Of a stretch of 64,000 nt of DNA, positions 1-12,673 are shown piece by piece. The stretch's first letter is position 1, and each line of letters begins with the position of its first letter. The DNA is taken from contig AP026162.1 of the NCBI GenBank assembly GCA_030295235.1, positions 1,736,001 to 1,800,000 on the forward strand, given 5' to 3'. Source of the DNA: Fistulifera solaris (Eukaryota). Position numbers and translations under genes: made by a program. Under the pieces are notes generated by a model. The model saw only the letters and a program-made list of their open reading frames with translations. It did no database searches and was not told the origin of the DNA.

Positions 1-442
1 AATAAAGAAAGACTATATTCGGTTGTTTATAATTCCCTTAGGGTGCAATGGAGTTATTACCGGAGTATTATTTTTTGTTCATTTTGCGTTTTGTCGTCTC
101 CCCTCAGACTTTTTGTCGTTCCGTGATTCACTTGCACATAGTAACGTTTTGCTACGACATCACGTAGAATCTTACGTCTTTTGCTACTGAAAGAAAGGCT
201 TGGTCCCGGACCTCGTTCTCGCAGTTCTGCGAAGCATTTCGACGTCAACCAAGATGCTCATTTCGCATGCACACGCCACTTCCTTGCGTGAACTGTTTGA
301 TCTCTTCATTTTGATCAAAACGCTCATCTTTCTATTCATATTTCTGTTTTGAGTTGCTTCTTTTGCCACGTGAAGAAGACGACACCATGGCTCGACCGAA
401 CGAAAAGAATCGCAAAACGAAAAAGGTCAGTTCCTCGCAAAA
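1..442 (+). repeat. Direct duplicate of 8424-8865 (intergenic region plus first ~18 codons of the HOP2-like gene); may extend left of the window
   Basis: Identical as read by eye at offset 8423; ORFs 57..248/8480..8671 and 184..369/8607..8792 are identical. Identity ends at CGCAAAA|C (442) vs CGCAAAA|T (8865). Confidence 0.95.
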
Positions 443-3400
443 CTCCGAGCCGAGTGCAACAAGAGTTGGATGAAAGTGCAGCCGACGGTGGGAATCCTAC
501 AGAGGAAGAGTTAACAGCGGCAAAGACTAAGGTGAAGGAGAGCTTCCTGGCGGTCTTGTTTCTTGTCAATAGCGACCAGCACAGATTTGGCGAGCTGTTA
601 CTTAAACGTTGAGAATGACTTCACGCTCGGGACTCAAAAGTATCCGCAGACACTCAGTGCCGCGTACGACTGTTTGATGAACTACAGGGCGGTTCCGGTT
701 GAGCGCCAAAGAGACGATGGTGGCGGCCTGGCATTCTTCAATAACGGACAAGAAGGCCGGCGGGAGGTCGAGCAGGGCAGCGGACAAGGCGGCCGGGAAA
801 GCAATGGAGGGCGAGGACGAGGCCGCGGGCGTGGCGGCGGACGCGGAGACGGAAACGCAAACAACTCATCGGGCGCCAAAGTATCGGACAATGGAGATGA
901 GGAGATAGACCACTCACAATATCTCTTAGACCAAGCCGGTAATAATAACGATGAAGTTGCTGCGTACACTATGGACTACGTAGACCGATTAGAGACTTGC
1001 TTACAAGTGTTAGGACACAATGGTGTGCAGGCCGACACTCTTCTCCTAGATAGTTGCTCAACAGTGTGCCTCATATCAAACGGAAAACTGCTACATGGTA
1101 TTCACGACGTGGATCGGCCAATGCGTGTGCGGTGCAATGCCGGAGTCCGGGCAACGAGCAAAATGGGATACTTGGGCTCGTTTCCCGAACCGGTGTGGTA
1201 TGATCCCGGAGGAATAGCAAATATCCTGTCTCTTTTTGTCGTGCAGAAATACTATCCCGTTACCTTTGACAGCTCGGGAGGACAACAGTTTTAAAGTTCA
1301 CCTGGCTAACGAGACTCTCTGCTTCCGACCAACTGCTAAAGGGCTATATGCCATGGACGGAAATGCAAGTGAAAAATGTGAATGGGCTATGGTTACAACT
1401 GTACAGCAAAAGATGTCCGGGTACTCAGCACGAGCTGCATAATGCTGCCGTGCCGCAAGAACCGTACAAAATATTATGATGTACCCCAGCGACCGTCAGT
1501 TCGAAGAAATCGTTGATCACAACCTGATTAAAAACTTGGACGTGACTCGGTCTGATATTCAGGCGGCTAGTGATATCTTTGGTCCCAACCTAGGCTCGTT
1601 GTAATGCGGAAGACTGTCGTAAAGCGTCGCCCCGAGTGCAAAGCATGGCCAACGGTATTCCCGCAGACATTCAAGAAAGGTGCAAAAACATCGTTCTCGG
1701 AATTGACATACTGTTCGTGAACAAAATTCCGTTCTTCATCACCACGTCCCGTGACCTGCACTTTGGAACCGTGGAAGACCTCAACAACCGACAAATCCCC
1801 ACCGTCTCCGAGGCTCTTGGGGCGTGTTGTTAAGCTATACAAGCGTCGTGGACTAAAAGTGGTCGCCATCACGGCGGATCGCGAATTTGCTCCGCTTGAA
1901 GTTGACTTCCCAGGCGTGACATTCAACTTTGCCTCCGCTGATGAGCACGTGCCTGAAATCGAACGCTACATCCGAACCGTTAAGGACCGAGTGCGCAGCC
2001 GCTACAACACACTGCCTTTCAAGCGCATTCCTCGCCTCATGCTGGTCCGCCTTGTCGCCAATGCCGTATTCTGGTTGAACGCCTTTCCCCACAAAGATGG
2101 CGTGTCCACTACTCTCTCTCCCCGATATCTACTGACCGGACAGCACCTTGATGCCACAAAGCATGTCCGCTCGCGAATTTGGGAGCTATGTGCAGACACA
2201 CGAGAAACATACATCCGACATGCAGCCGCTGAACCACTGGGGCCATTTGCCTTGGACCAACCGGAAACGAGCAAGGCGGGCACTATTTTTGTCTTTGAGC
2301 ACCGGAGAGCGTCTACACCGCCAGTACTGGACTCCCATGACAATGCCAAACGATGTTATTGACCGTGTCAGCCAGCTCGGTGCAAAACAGAAAATGCCCA
2401 AAACGCTCACATTTGCCAATCGCTTCGGATTAGAGCTTCCTGATTACCCCGATGAAGCCGACGGCGATCACGACTCTTCTTATTCTCCGAGTGACGATGA
2501 TGACTCTTCCGTCGCCACATCCTCTTCCTCACGACTCGGATGATAGCGCCCGACTCCGACTCTGATCCTGATATCGCCATTTGCTGGTCCTCCCGCCCCT
2601 GCAGGAGTGAGCCCCGCTCATCGTGTCGATAATCGGGATGATGAATTGTTCAATGACGGCATGGACCATCCAAATGATGATGACGACAACTCTGTCGGGA
2701 AGTACAGGAGTGGGGGATGACGAAGCTAACTCTGTTGGAAGCACAGGAGTGGGCGGTGAAGATATCCACGAGGACGGCATGGACCATCCAAATGATGATG
2801 ACGACAACTCTGTCGGAAGTACAGGAGTGGGGGATGACGAAGCTAACTCTGTTGGAAGCACAGGAGTGGGCGGTGAAGATATCCACGAGGACTCTGTCGA
2901 GAACACAGGAGTGGAAGACTTTGTCGAAAACGCAGGAGTGGGGGAAATGGAAGACATACCCAGCGAATCGGACCAAATTGCCGCTGAGATGGATGCGCGA
3001 TATGGACCAAGAAATCACGGGATCAATCTCAGGCCGCGGAAACCACGAAGCTACGACCATCTTCATGCTTATCTTGCAGACCAAGACCCAGTCCTGGTGC
3101 AGGAATGCATTCAGTCAGTTATGGACTCGCTGTTTATGACCGAACAGTTGCCCCTTAATCGCGGCTTGAAACTGTTTGGAAAAGACGGAGCTGACTTCGG
3201 TCGTCAACGAGTTGAGGCAATTGGACCGAATGGATGCAATAATCCCGCGAGAACGAAAGTCTCTGAGCCGAGAACAATTGAAGCGGGCTCTGCGGTACCT
3301 TATGTACCTCAAACAGAAAAGATGTGGCCGAATCAAAGCGCGCGGGTGCGCTGACGGCCGTCCACAAAGACTTTACAAAAGCAAAGAGGAGACCAGCTCA

Positions 3401-4750
3401 CCGACCGTGATAACCGAAGTCTGTTTTCCTCACTGCACTTGTGGCCGCTCTTGAACGACGCAAATCAATGACACTAGACATCCCAGGCGCATTTATGCAT
3501 TTGAAAATGGACGAACTCATACACATGAAGCTCGGAAGGAGCAATGGCAGAATTGCTGGCAAGGGTCAGCCCAGAGAAATATCGAAAGTATATTGTTGTC
3601 GAAAATGGAAGGCCAGTCGTGTATGTTGAGCTTGCCAAAGCTCTGTACGGGACATTACAAGCCGCCCTTCTTTTTTACAAAAACATTTCCTCGTTCCTGG
3701 TCGACGAGCTTGGGTTCACAATCAATCCGTCACGACAGCTGTGTTGCAAACAAAATGATCAATGGAAAACAATGCACCGTGTGCTGGCATGTAGACGATT
3801 TGATGATCACACACGTCGATCAAAAGGTACTGGACGACATTGCAGACAAGTTCAACAACAAGTACGGCTCGCCCCGAGGCACCGGTGACTGCGACGCGCG
3901 GCGATGTTCACGATTATCTCGGAATGACACTCGACTTCTCCGAGGACGGGAAAGTTCAATTCCGAATGGATGATTACGTCCGAAAACTTGTTGAACGAAG
4001 CACCAAGCGATTGTGACGGGACCTCGGTGACTCCCGCGACCGCCAACCTGTTCACAATCAACGACGAAGCTGAGAAACTCCCACCGGAAAAAGCGGAAAT
4101 ATTCCACCGATTCACGGCCAAACTTCTTTACCTGTGCAAGCGTGTTCGAATCGACATTCAAACCGCGGTAGCATTCCTCACAACGCGAGTGAAACAACCG
4201 GATGTGGATGACTGGAAGAAGCTGGCACGATGCATTCGATACCTCAGCGCAGATCCAAAACTTCCACTGACTCTCGAGATGGCTGATTGTTGCAAAATTG
4301 AATGGTGGATTGACGCGTCTTTTGCGGTGCACCACGACATGCGAAGCCACACTGGGCTAACAATGTCTCTTGGAAAGGGATCCGGCGATATCGAGCTCGA
4401 CCCGACAGAAAATCAACACAAAGAGTTCCACAGAAGCCGAGCTGGTAGGGGTGGACGACGGAATGTACTTGGTAACCTGGACTCGGAACTTCTTGGAGGC
4501 CCAGGGCGTGAAGTTGGCCGACAATGTTGTCTATCAAGACAATCAGAGCGCGATTCTGCTAGAGAGGAACGGCAGAGCTTCGAGCGGCGACGCAGTCGAC
4601 ATATTGACATTCGCTATTTCTTCGCGGACGGACCGAATCAAAAATAGGGAGCTCCAGCGTCGAATATTGCCCAACAACCGAAATGCTCGCGGATTTTTTC
4701 ACGAAACCACTCCAGGGTAGCTTATTCCGGAAGATGCGTCAACGCTGGTA
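443..4750 (+). pseudogene. Gag-pol polyprotein with many frameshifts (decay or sequencing error)
   Basis: Motifs are spread over successive ORFs in changing frames (563, 1636, 1751, 2148, 2623, 3176, 3441, 3544, 3593, 3970, 4370). Confidence 0.8.
2655..2892 (+). repeat. Two near-identical 117-bp tandem units in the acidic IN-RT linker
   Basis: GACGGCATGGACCATCCAAATGATGATGACGAC starts at 2655 and 2773. Built from CAGGAGTGG (TGV/AGV) sub-repeats that continue to ~2940. Confidence 0.9.
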
Positions 4751-5153
4751 ATGAACCTTGGATCGAAAGATCCAAACGATGCGATTCTTTGTCAAGACGG
4801 TTCACAGGAGTGTGTTGGAAATGAAGATGGCTGGAAGATCGTCCGTCGTCGGAGACACGAAGGACGAAACGTGCACACGGGTGACGGACGGAATTCAGAA
4901 AGAATTCGCATCGGCCATCAACATCAAAAAAGGATGACCCGCCCTCGACCACGAAATCGACAAAGCGTAAGAGCAACGCAACGATGGACTTCAGTAAAGC
5001 AATTAGCAGCCACAAGAATACGAACACGTCAGCCTCGCCACGTCCTGGTGCGAGCAGGAGCTCAACGAGGGCGGGCTGAAGCGTTCATTCTTTTGAGCGA
5101 ATCTAAAGTAAAAACGAAAGTTATCTTTACTCGGTTTTTTGAACGGTATCTAT

Positions 5154-5656
5154 TGTTGTCCTGATTGGACGCGATTACCGTTGCGGAAATCGGGGTTTCA
5201 ACAGAATATTGTTTTGCTCTTTCACGCGTTTCTCGGTTTTCTTTTTGTTGCGTGCGGTGATGGTGGTTGGATATTTCATCAAAACGTACGGAGGACGGAC
5301 AACTTTGCTAGATCCGAGTACCTCTACGACCTGAATGACCCCTTAAAGCAACAATGTAACTCATACTATCGACAAAGACACTCGTGTTTTGAGTAGTCGA
5401 GAAGGCCGATGCGACAACAAAGAAAACAATCGTGAAACGACGCAGCTACATCTGCTTTCCATGTAGTTAGACTAGTTACTTTACCTGATCGCTTTCTTCC
5501 GACGCATCGTAAATCGTAACTCTATTTTTCCGTTAGAGAGACAACACACACGGCGACTTAGCAGTTCCACCAATAGTTTCAATATTTTGTGTTGAATTAA
5601 CGCCTGTCGATTTAGGAGATTATTCTTTACTAACGTTAGTCAGAAGTACCCCAACA
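5154..5656 (+). repeat. Probable 3' LTR (~503 bp)
   Basis: Begins TGTTG (5154) and ends CAACA (5656), a terminal inverted repeat, downstream of RNase H. No 5' LTR is present to confirm the boundaries. Confidence 0.7.
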
Positions 5657-5744
5657 GTCTGACGCATGATTCTTGATCAAGCGAGACGGCGAACATCGGC
5701 GCCTTCTTGTCAAGAATAAGACGTTGCTATCGATTCTTTAAAGC

Positions 5745-6486
5745 TCACAGCCGATTTTCTTCCGTGTACAACGGATGGGTCTTGTAGTCAACACCCTCCG
5801 CTTCCCAGCCTTCGGCACGTAATGCATTCGCAATAAAGTTAAGACGCTTTCCATTGACTCCAAAATCCAAATAGCCAATACGACTGCTGGATCGCACTTG
5901 TACCGAGCGTTCGGGAGTGCCCGGAATGACGGCGAATTCAACATCGTCAATGTATCCATTCTTCAAAGCTTCGTATTGAACATATATGTAGCCTTTCTTT
6001 GCATCGACCGTCCTGATTTCAAATCCACCTCCATCGACCCCGTTCTGACCCGGCGTGTACTTCTTCAAGACTTGTTCGAGTTGCAGAAAGGCTGCCTCTT
6101 GATCCTTGTCTTTCGGCCAAATGAAAGCAGGTACTGAGTGATCCGGATCGTCGGGAATAGTGGAAGAGAAGCAGTTTGGCGCCGGTCCGCATCCTTTCAA
6201 TCCAACATACTCTTCTTGATCGAGACTTTGTCGAATGGCCACGCCGAGATCTTTTCGGTTGGGGGCCTCTTCGTTTCGGCCGATCATCGTACTTGTTGGA
6301 GATTTTGTTTTCAAATGCGTTGGCGGGCTGCGCAGTCGATACAAGTCCTCCCGAGATCCACAGCAGCGCCTGTCGCCGCGGCAAAGTTGATTTTGGGTCG
6401 GGTATCGGATCGGAAGGCGGCATCGACCAACTGACGCACTGAACGACGAGCAAGAACAGCAAAGAAATCTGTAAAGCAGCCTTCAT
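5745..6486 (-). CDS. DUF1499-family plastid (probably thylakoid lumen) protein; one frameshift near 6250
   Basis: Signal peptide ending VSW; twin-arginine RRQAL...ANA; motifs PNCFSS, YIDDVEF and [18 protein letters not shown]. Confidence 0.8.
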
Positions 6487-6977
6487 AATGGTAAAGATCT
6501 CTTTTCCTCTAGTTAATGATTACAGATGACTTGAAGAGCTCTTATTATCCTCTCATTTCATCGCATTAATCAGCAGTTGTTTTGTTTCGTCATCAAAGAA
6601 GAATGCGTGGCGACGAAGCAGCAGGATCGAAGATCGAAGCAGGATTGTGTTTGGGAGTAAAAAAAAAATCCATACCTGGTACCTCTAGCTAGCGAAACGT
6701 ACATATACGTATATTAGGTATATTAGTATATAATGTCGTATATATACAAAGTACACATACCCCGTAGTATAGTACGGTACCGAATTATACGAGCAACGAG
6801 CAACTAAGTTACCTGCGAAACAAACACCAGCACTTTGACTTTAAAATAAGTAGGTCCAATATCTATTAGTTGTTACACGCTTATTGAATTTGTTCCGTGT
6901 GCATGATGAAGAAAGGAGGCCAGCGGGGATATTACACATTGCTGAAAACCCCGGTATTGTCGATTGAAAATATCTAA

Positions 6978-8385
6978 TCAGTTACAATATCTACACCTTA
7001 GCGATCTTTGCCAAAAGAAGCCGCTATCGCTCAGTATTCGCGATGATTCCATATTGTTGTTGCTGGACAACTTGGGTACGAAGCGCACGGTCCCTGGTAT
7101 GCTACCTTCTTTCAAAATTTCGTTCCATCCCTGTTCCTCACAACCATTCACTCCGGACCAATCAAAGGAAAGTTCGATAACCGATGCTTGGGAAGGATAC
7201 GTATCAAGAAGCCATTTCACCACTCCTTCATTCTGATCCTCAGAAAGTGAACACGTTGAATACACCAAATGCCCCCCTTTCTTCAACAACCGAAAACCGT
7301 TCGACAATAGAGACCGCTGCAAGTCAACAAGTCTACGGAGTTCTTCTTCATCTGTCAACACAGGAATAGAAAGTGACTCGGATGTCTCTGGTTTTGTCGT
7401 ACCGACAAAAACACCGGCTTGCTTTGCCAGTTGTCTCCGAACGTGCTTGAGCGAACCGTCGGTGCTACATTCAACGTCGACAAGGACACGGTCAAAAAGC
7501 TTAACTGGAACATGACTCAGCGAACTCTCTCCGGCTTGACTCGCTTGACGATCCACGTCGACTAGTTCCTTAAGTCGCTTTCGTTCTCGTCCTTTCGCAC
7601 TCCTGTTTCGACGCTTTCGTCCTTCATCATGAAGGCGTTGTTCCATGCACACAGACGAATCAAATATCAAGTTGGTTGGTTCGGACCCAAACATAGTGCC
7701 ATCATTGTTGTATAGTCGAATCCGTATGCTCTTTCCTTCTTTGCTGCCAATATAGGGAACGACTTGATGCTTCTCGATAATTTTCCGGCATGTCGACAAA
7801 CGAGATTCTGAACAGTCAACACCAATCACCGTAGCTTCCTCGGAATTATCCGAAAGAACATTTTTCCGTAAGTAGTCTGAAATGGCACATAGTTTTAAAC
7901 CAGGGGCACAGCACAAGTCAAGGATCCTCAAAGGTACCTGGGGTGAATCGTTGCCCTTAATACGATCGCAGTGCGTAGACAATAATGCGGCAACGGCTGC
8001 TCCGGAGCTGACCTCCTGTCCATATATTCTCCCTTCTTTGTAACAAGATGATTGTGACAGTCGAAAATCCCCCGGTAGTGAATAGAAACCAAAACTCTTG
8101 TGCAACCACGAAATCGGATGGGGATATTTGGAGTCTGGTGGCAGTTCCGTCTATCGAGAAGGAAAGAGTGAATGTGAGAAGCTCTTGCAGCTTCATCGTA
8201 TAGGTTATCAAATGACTCACCTGGAGAAGTTTGAGCGTCTCGTCACCATCAAAGGCAGGATTCAGTCGGATATGCCGGTCGGCAAGGACGAGTTTCTCCT
8301 TTAACAGATCGTTTACATCAATGCCAAATTGTGCATAGTAAGCTCTTAGCTTTGCCGCGTGATCCGCCGTTTGTGGCTCGGACAT
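6978..8385 (-). CDS. NOL1/NOP2/Sun (RsmB/RsmF-like) RNA m5C methyltransferase
   Basis: ILDLCCAPGLK, FDRVLVDVECSTDG, LVYSTCSL..QNEGVV. Intron 8151-8220. Confidence 0.9.
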
Positions 8386-8809
8386 GGAATAAACCAGAGG
8401 AACGAATGTATTAGATGCTCGTAAATAAAGAAAGACTATATTCGGTTGTTTATAATTCCCTTAGGGTGCAATGGAGTTATTACCGGAGTATTATTTTTTG
8501 TTCATTTTGCGTTTTGTCGTCTCCCCTCAGACTTTTTGTCGTTCCGTGATTCACTTGCACATAGTAACGTTTTGCTACGACATCACGTAGAATCTTACGT
8601 CTTTTGCTACTGAAAGAAAGGCTTGGTCCCGGACCTCGTTCTCGCAGTTCTGCGAAGCATTTCGACGTCAACCAAGATGCTCATTTCGCATGCACACGCC
8701 ACTTCCTTGCGTGAACTGTTTGATCTCTTCATTTTGATCAAAACGCTCATCTTTCTATTCATATTTCTGTTTTGAGTTGCTTCTTTTGCCACGTGAAGAA
8801 GACGACACC

Positions 8810-11302
8810 ATGGCTCGACCGAACGAAAAGAATCGCAAAACGAAAAAGGTCAGTTCCTCGCAAAATGACAATGACGAGGTAACAAATGACGAGCCCGAAG
8901 TATGGGATGTCATCAAGGTCATAAATCCGAAAGATGATGATAAACCGACCTGTCGTTCGAAACGATGCAAGAAAACGGCCGTGGCGGTTTGGGCCGCGAG
9001 TCACCAGCCGGAGGACGAATGGCCCGTCTGCGAGAAGTGTCAACTCGCGGAATTCGGTGGATGGCCCGAGGGCGTTGAACCCCGGAAGACGACGACGATG
9101 AGCCAGTCGGAACGGAGGAAGATGATGCAAGCAAGAAAACGACCAAACGCTCCGTGAGCCCTGGAAATGCCGCTGATAGCGATAAACCTGAAAGCAATGA
9201 CGAAACAACTACTCCTACAGACGAGCAATCGAATGGCGATGAGGAAGAACAGTGGCAATTGTCGGAGATTCTGTCCAAAGAGGCTGTGACGGGGCGCGGT
9301 CACCGCAAGTGTATGACAGACGATTGCAAAAATCGGGCAGCGTGCGTCTATGTGTCGACGAAAACTCCAAAAGAAAAGTGGTATACGTGTCTTGATTGTC
9401 AGGTAAGGAAACATCTCTTCATTGCAAATTGTTAAGTAAACATTTTAAAAGAACCTTTACTCACGTAACTCCCAGGAATCGGACTTTGGTGGATGGCCCG
9501 ATGCTGACGAACTTCCGGTCAATGTCATGACAGATGAACATAAAGACGCGCTGATCAAGCATTGCGCGAAGAAATCCGATATTGACATGCCTCTTTTTGG
9601 ATCGAAGACTCCGAAAAACACCGGAAAGGCCCGGGCTATCAGTCCCGACATGGCTGACGAAAACGGCGTCAACGATCCAGATACGCCGGAGCACGATGAA
9701 GACGACGAATGGGAGGCCGAAGAAGTTTGGGACCTCGTGAAAATTATCGGTATCGACGCTCTATTGATTGACAGTCCGGTCAAGTGTTCGACTGAAACCT
9801 GCCTACTCCCAGCTGCCTGTGTCTATGTTTCATCGCAAGCTCCGACGGAAAAGTGGTACACGTGCCTCGACTGCCAGGTAAGTCTTTCTCATCGCAAACG
9901 AAACTTATTGCGTTGCTTCAGCACAAACTGACAGTAATCATGTCATCTTCTGCAATCCAGGAAAAAGATTACGGCGGATGGCCTGATCTCGACGATCTCC
10001 CGGTCAAGTCCCTTTCTGATGAGCATCAAAAAGTTTTGAAAGAAAAGTGTTCGAACAAGCCAAACATCAAGATGCCCGTAGTCGATCCGAAGACGCCGTG
10101 TGACAAAAACCAGCAGCAGATAACTAACAATTTCTTCTCTTTTGATGATGCACCGGACGGTACACAGTGCGGAACTGGCGATGATATCAACCTTGTCTCA
10201 CCCGTTCCAACGGCTCCTGACAAAGCAAAAAAGCAACCCAGCAAGGAGGCTTTGGCGTTGCACAAGAAATGGCTTGAGGAGGCGGAAGCACTGGGTGGAC
10301 CTGGTGCTCGAATCATTGTCAGCAAACCAGCCGCGAAGGAAAAGATTTTGGAAACGATGTTCGATGCTTTCCGTCCCATGAATATCACTGAAATCTTCCA
10401 GGTAAGTCGGCAGTCTTCCACATTCAATTTGTCTTCGAAATACACCGCTCCTACTAAAACTGCCAATGAAACTTTACAGGTTCATAAAGGGGCTATTCCG
10501 AAGCCCGTTTTGAAATCGTGTTTGGACGACATGGTCAAGGGCAAGACCAATCCGTTCGACGATAGCGACTCAGAAGAAGCCAACCAGGAAATCTCTGACA
10601 ACAAACCCTCAACTTCGGATCACTTCGCAGGGTCTCTGTTTCTAAAAGCAGGGAAGAGTTCGAACGCGTCTGTTTACTATGTCGACTACAACAAGGCAAA
10701 GAACGGCAACGGACTTGATGCCGACGAGCGAAATGACCTTTACGCGAAGAGTACCCAAGCTGTGCTAGAGGAAGAAGACCTCCAAAACAAAAATCCGATC
10801 GACTAAAGATAGCGCTAAGGAAATCTTCTCCCAACCGACAAACGAAGAGCTTGTTGTCCGTCTTGACGAAGCCGAAGCCAATCTTCTAGAGATTACCAAA
10901 AAGGTTGAAGAGGCACGGCAGCTGAAGGTGAACGAGAAGCATAAAGAGCAGACAAAACGCCGGATTGAGCACTTTGCAACTGAATGGCGCAAGCGTCTTC
11001 GTCTGACGATGGATTTCCTTCACACGATGGAAGAAGTATCCGATGGCACAGTTAGCGCAAAGAAGTGTCTTTCTGGTGACGGACAGATCGAGATGGATTC
11101 AGATGAAGTCGCTGTGAAACAGGCTCTCGCACTTGCAAAGAAAAAGCATTCCGGTCCTCCGCGGCCATTGAAAAGAAGCAAGACCAAGGGGACGGAAACC
11201 AGCGATGGTATTGCCCCGAGCAAGAACTTTATTGCGGTTCGTCTAAACAGCCAGGGTCGAGTTGAGCGAGTTCTCCTTGATGATGGAAATGATGTCGAAT
11301 AA
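8810..11302 (+). CDS. HOP2: HOP2/TBPIP (PSMC3IP)-like protein with three N-terminal Cys-rich repeats
   Basis: Winged-helix start AKEKILETMFDAFRPMNITEIF, then a coiled coil, then EWRKRLRL and GQIEMDSD (HOP2 has EWRKRKRM and GIETDE). Introns 9403-9475, 9878-9960, 10402-10479; indels near 9140 and 10790. Confidence 0.75.
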
Positions 11303-11378
11303 TTCTGAACTCGAAACTTCAAGGTACATTGATCTCCGTTGCCCGCGGATAAGTAGCGCTTTCAGTCTAAGACATATT

Positions 11379-12673
11379 TTAGAACCACCCTTCAAACGAA
11401 ACGTCTTCACTTCTCTTCTTCCATTTGTATGAATTGAGTAGGCTGGGGATCATGATAAACGATAAACTCAAGAACAAGTTAGCCTCGTAGGGAAAGTCGA
11501 AAAACGTTTCGCCGTATTTGATTGCGTACGATGCGACGGCACACCCCGCAAACAGCTTGAAAAGAAAATTGTAGTCGTCATCTTTCTCTAAAACTTGGCC
11601 AAGATCTTCAAAGCCGACCAATGATTCATTGTCAAAAACTTTTCATTCTTTGCCATTTCACGCTTCTTTGTGTCGGTCACAAAGGTCGACAGCAATGGCA
11701 CGTCTGTCGTATATCCATTCGAAAAAGCGATGCGGAATGCCGCATAGGCAGCTGTTGTGTTACCCACACAGGTGAGAAGTGCTTGCAAAGGAACAAGAAA
11801 TGGAATCTGGTTGTAAAAGAGATGGTATGTGCAAGCCGTAATGCCCGACGAATGTAACGGCAAGAGACCCCACGTAAGACCCTTCCATCGTGGATTCTTC
11901 ACAACTGAACTCCATTTCCAACAGAATCCCATGGCCGCTAGAAACTCGACCAGTGACGAAATATGAATGATCCAGCAGCCAATAGATAGAGCATTTTCTG
12001 GCTCCGACTTTAGGCCGAGTGTCGTTCCTATCGTAGCAGGAATGTCCATGAACCCACCGAGGTAGGGGAGTGTGCACGGTAGCTCCTGCGACCGCTGGCA
12101 CCGCGGCTGTGATACTCGCGAGTGCCGTCAAAGCGACGACGAGCCATGTCATGGGAGCGTAGCTAGTAGCGGACTGTGGCGGCGGCAAGCCTTGTTCTTT
12201 GGCCCGCAACGCCTGTCGAAAGGCGATGACCGTGACGAGATTGGTCATGGTCAGCAAAGATTCGGCCGATCCATGCAGCCAATCGGAATCGGCCAACGAG
12301 ACGCCGTACAAGACTTTTGCTGCAATCGCGGCGGGTATCGTAAGGAATACAAAAAGTAGGCATGTCGCAAAGCCCACTGTCACACCTTTGGGCGTTTCGT
12401 TCTCGGGGCGATCGAGAAAGTAAAGAAACGCCAGATAGGGAAAGAGCGAGGCACCAAAAATGGCCCGGCGAGTGCTTCGGCTGTATCGGCGTCCATATTC
12501 GCTAGCAAAGTAGTCCATTGACCAGCATCCGCCAGCTCTGGCAACGCATGGTGTTGACGATTGGCATGCAGCAACGCTCTCGATGCGATAGGAGTGATAA
12601 AACACGTCACCCTTTGAAAGCTGAAAGACAAAAGCAACAGGAGACAGTAGCAAGCAACGCCTTTCGTGCTCAT
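11379..12673 (-). CDS. Plastid membrane protein, DUF3593 + Ycf49/DUF2499 fusion (frameshifted)
   Basis: Signal peptide ending VTC-F. DUF3593: SLFPYLAFLYFL..TPK..TIPA..YG.SLADSDWLHGSAESLLT. Ycf49-like: NALSI.CWIIHISSLVEF..WKGLTWG.LP..ACTYHLFYN. Confidence 0.75.

Larger units (their letters stand above)
443..5656 (+). mobile_element. Ty1/copia LTR retrotransposon (diatom CoDi-like), 5'-truncated inside gag
   Basis: Domain order gag-PR-IN-RT-RH is diagnostic of copia. gag: ESFLAVLFL..ENDF..YPQTL. Protease: LLLDSCSTV (~1049). Integrase: DILFVN, ADREF, EHVPEIERYIRTVKDR. RT: KARGCADG, DIPGAF, ALYGTLQAA, WHVDDL. RNase H: IDASFAVH, SSTEAELV, QDNQSAI, ADFFTKPLQG. Confidence 0.95.

Noticed and set aside
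443..4750. Programmed ribosomal frameshifting in gag-pol
   Set aside because: There are too many shifts, they fall inside catalytic domains, and host genes show the same indel pattern.
6690..6800. TA/TAC-rich quasi-palindromic patch
   Set aside because: Low-complexity intergenic sequence with no defined unit or ends.
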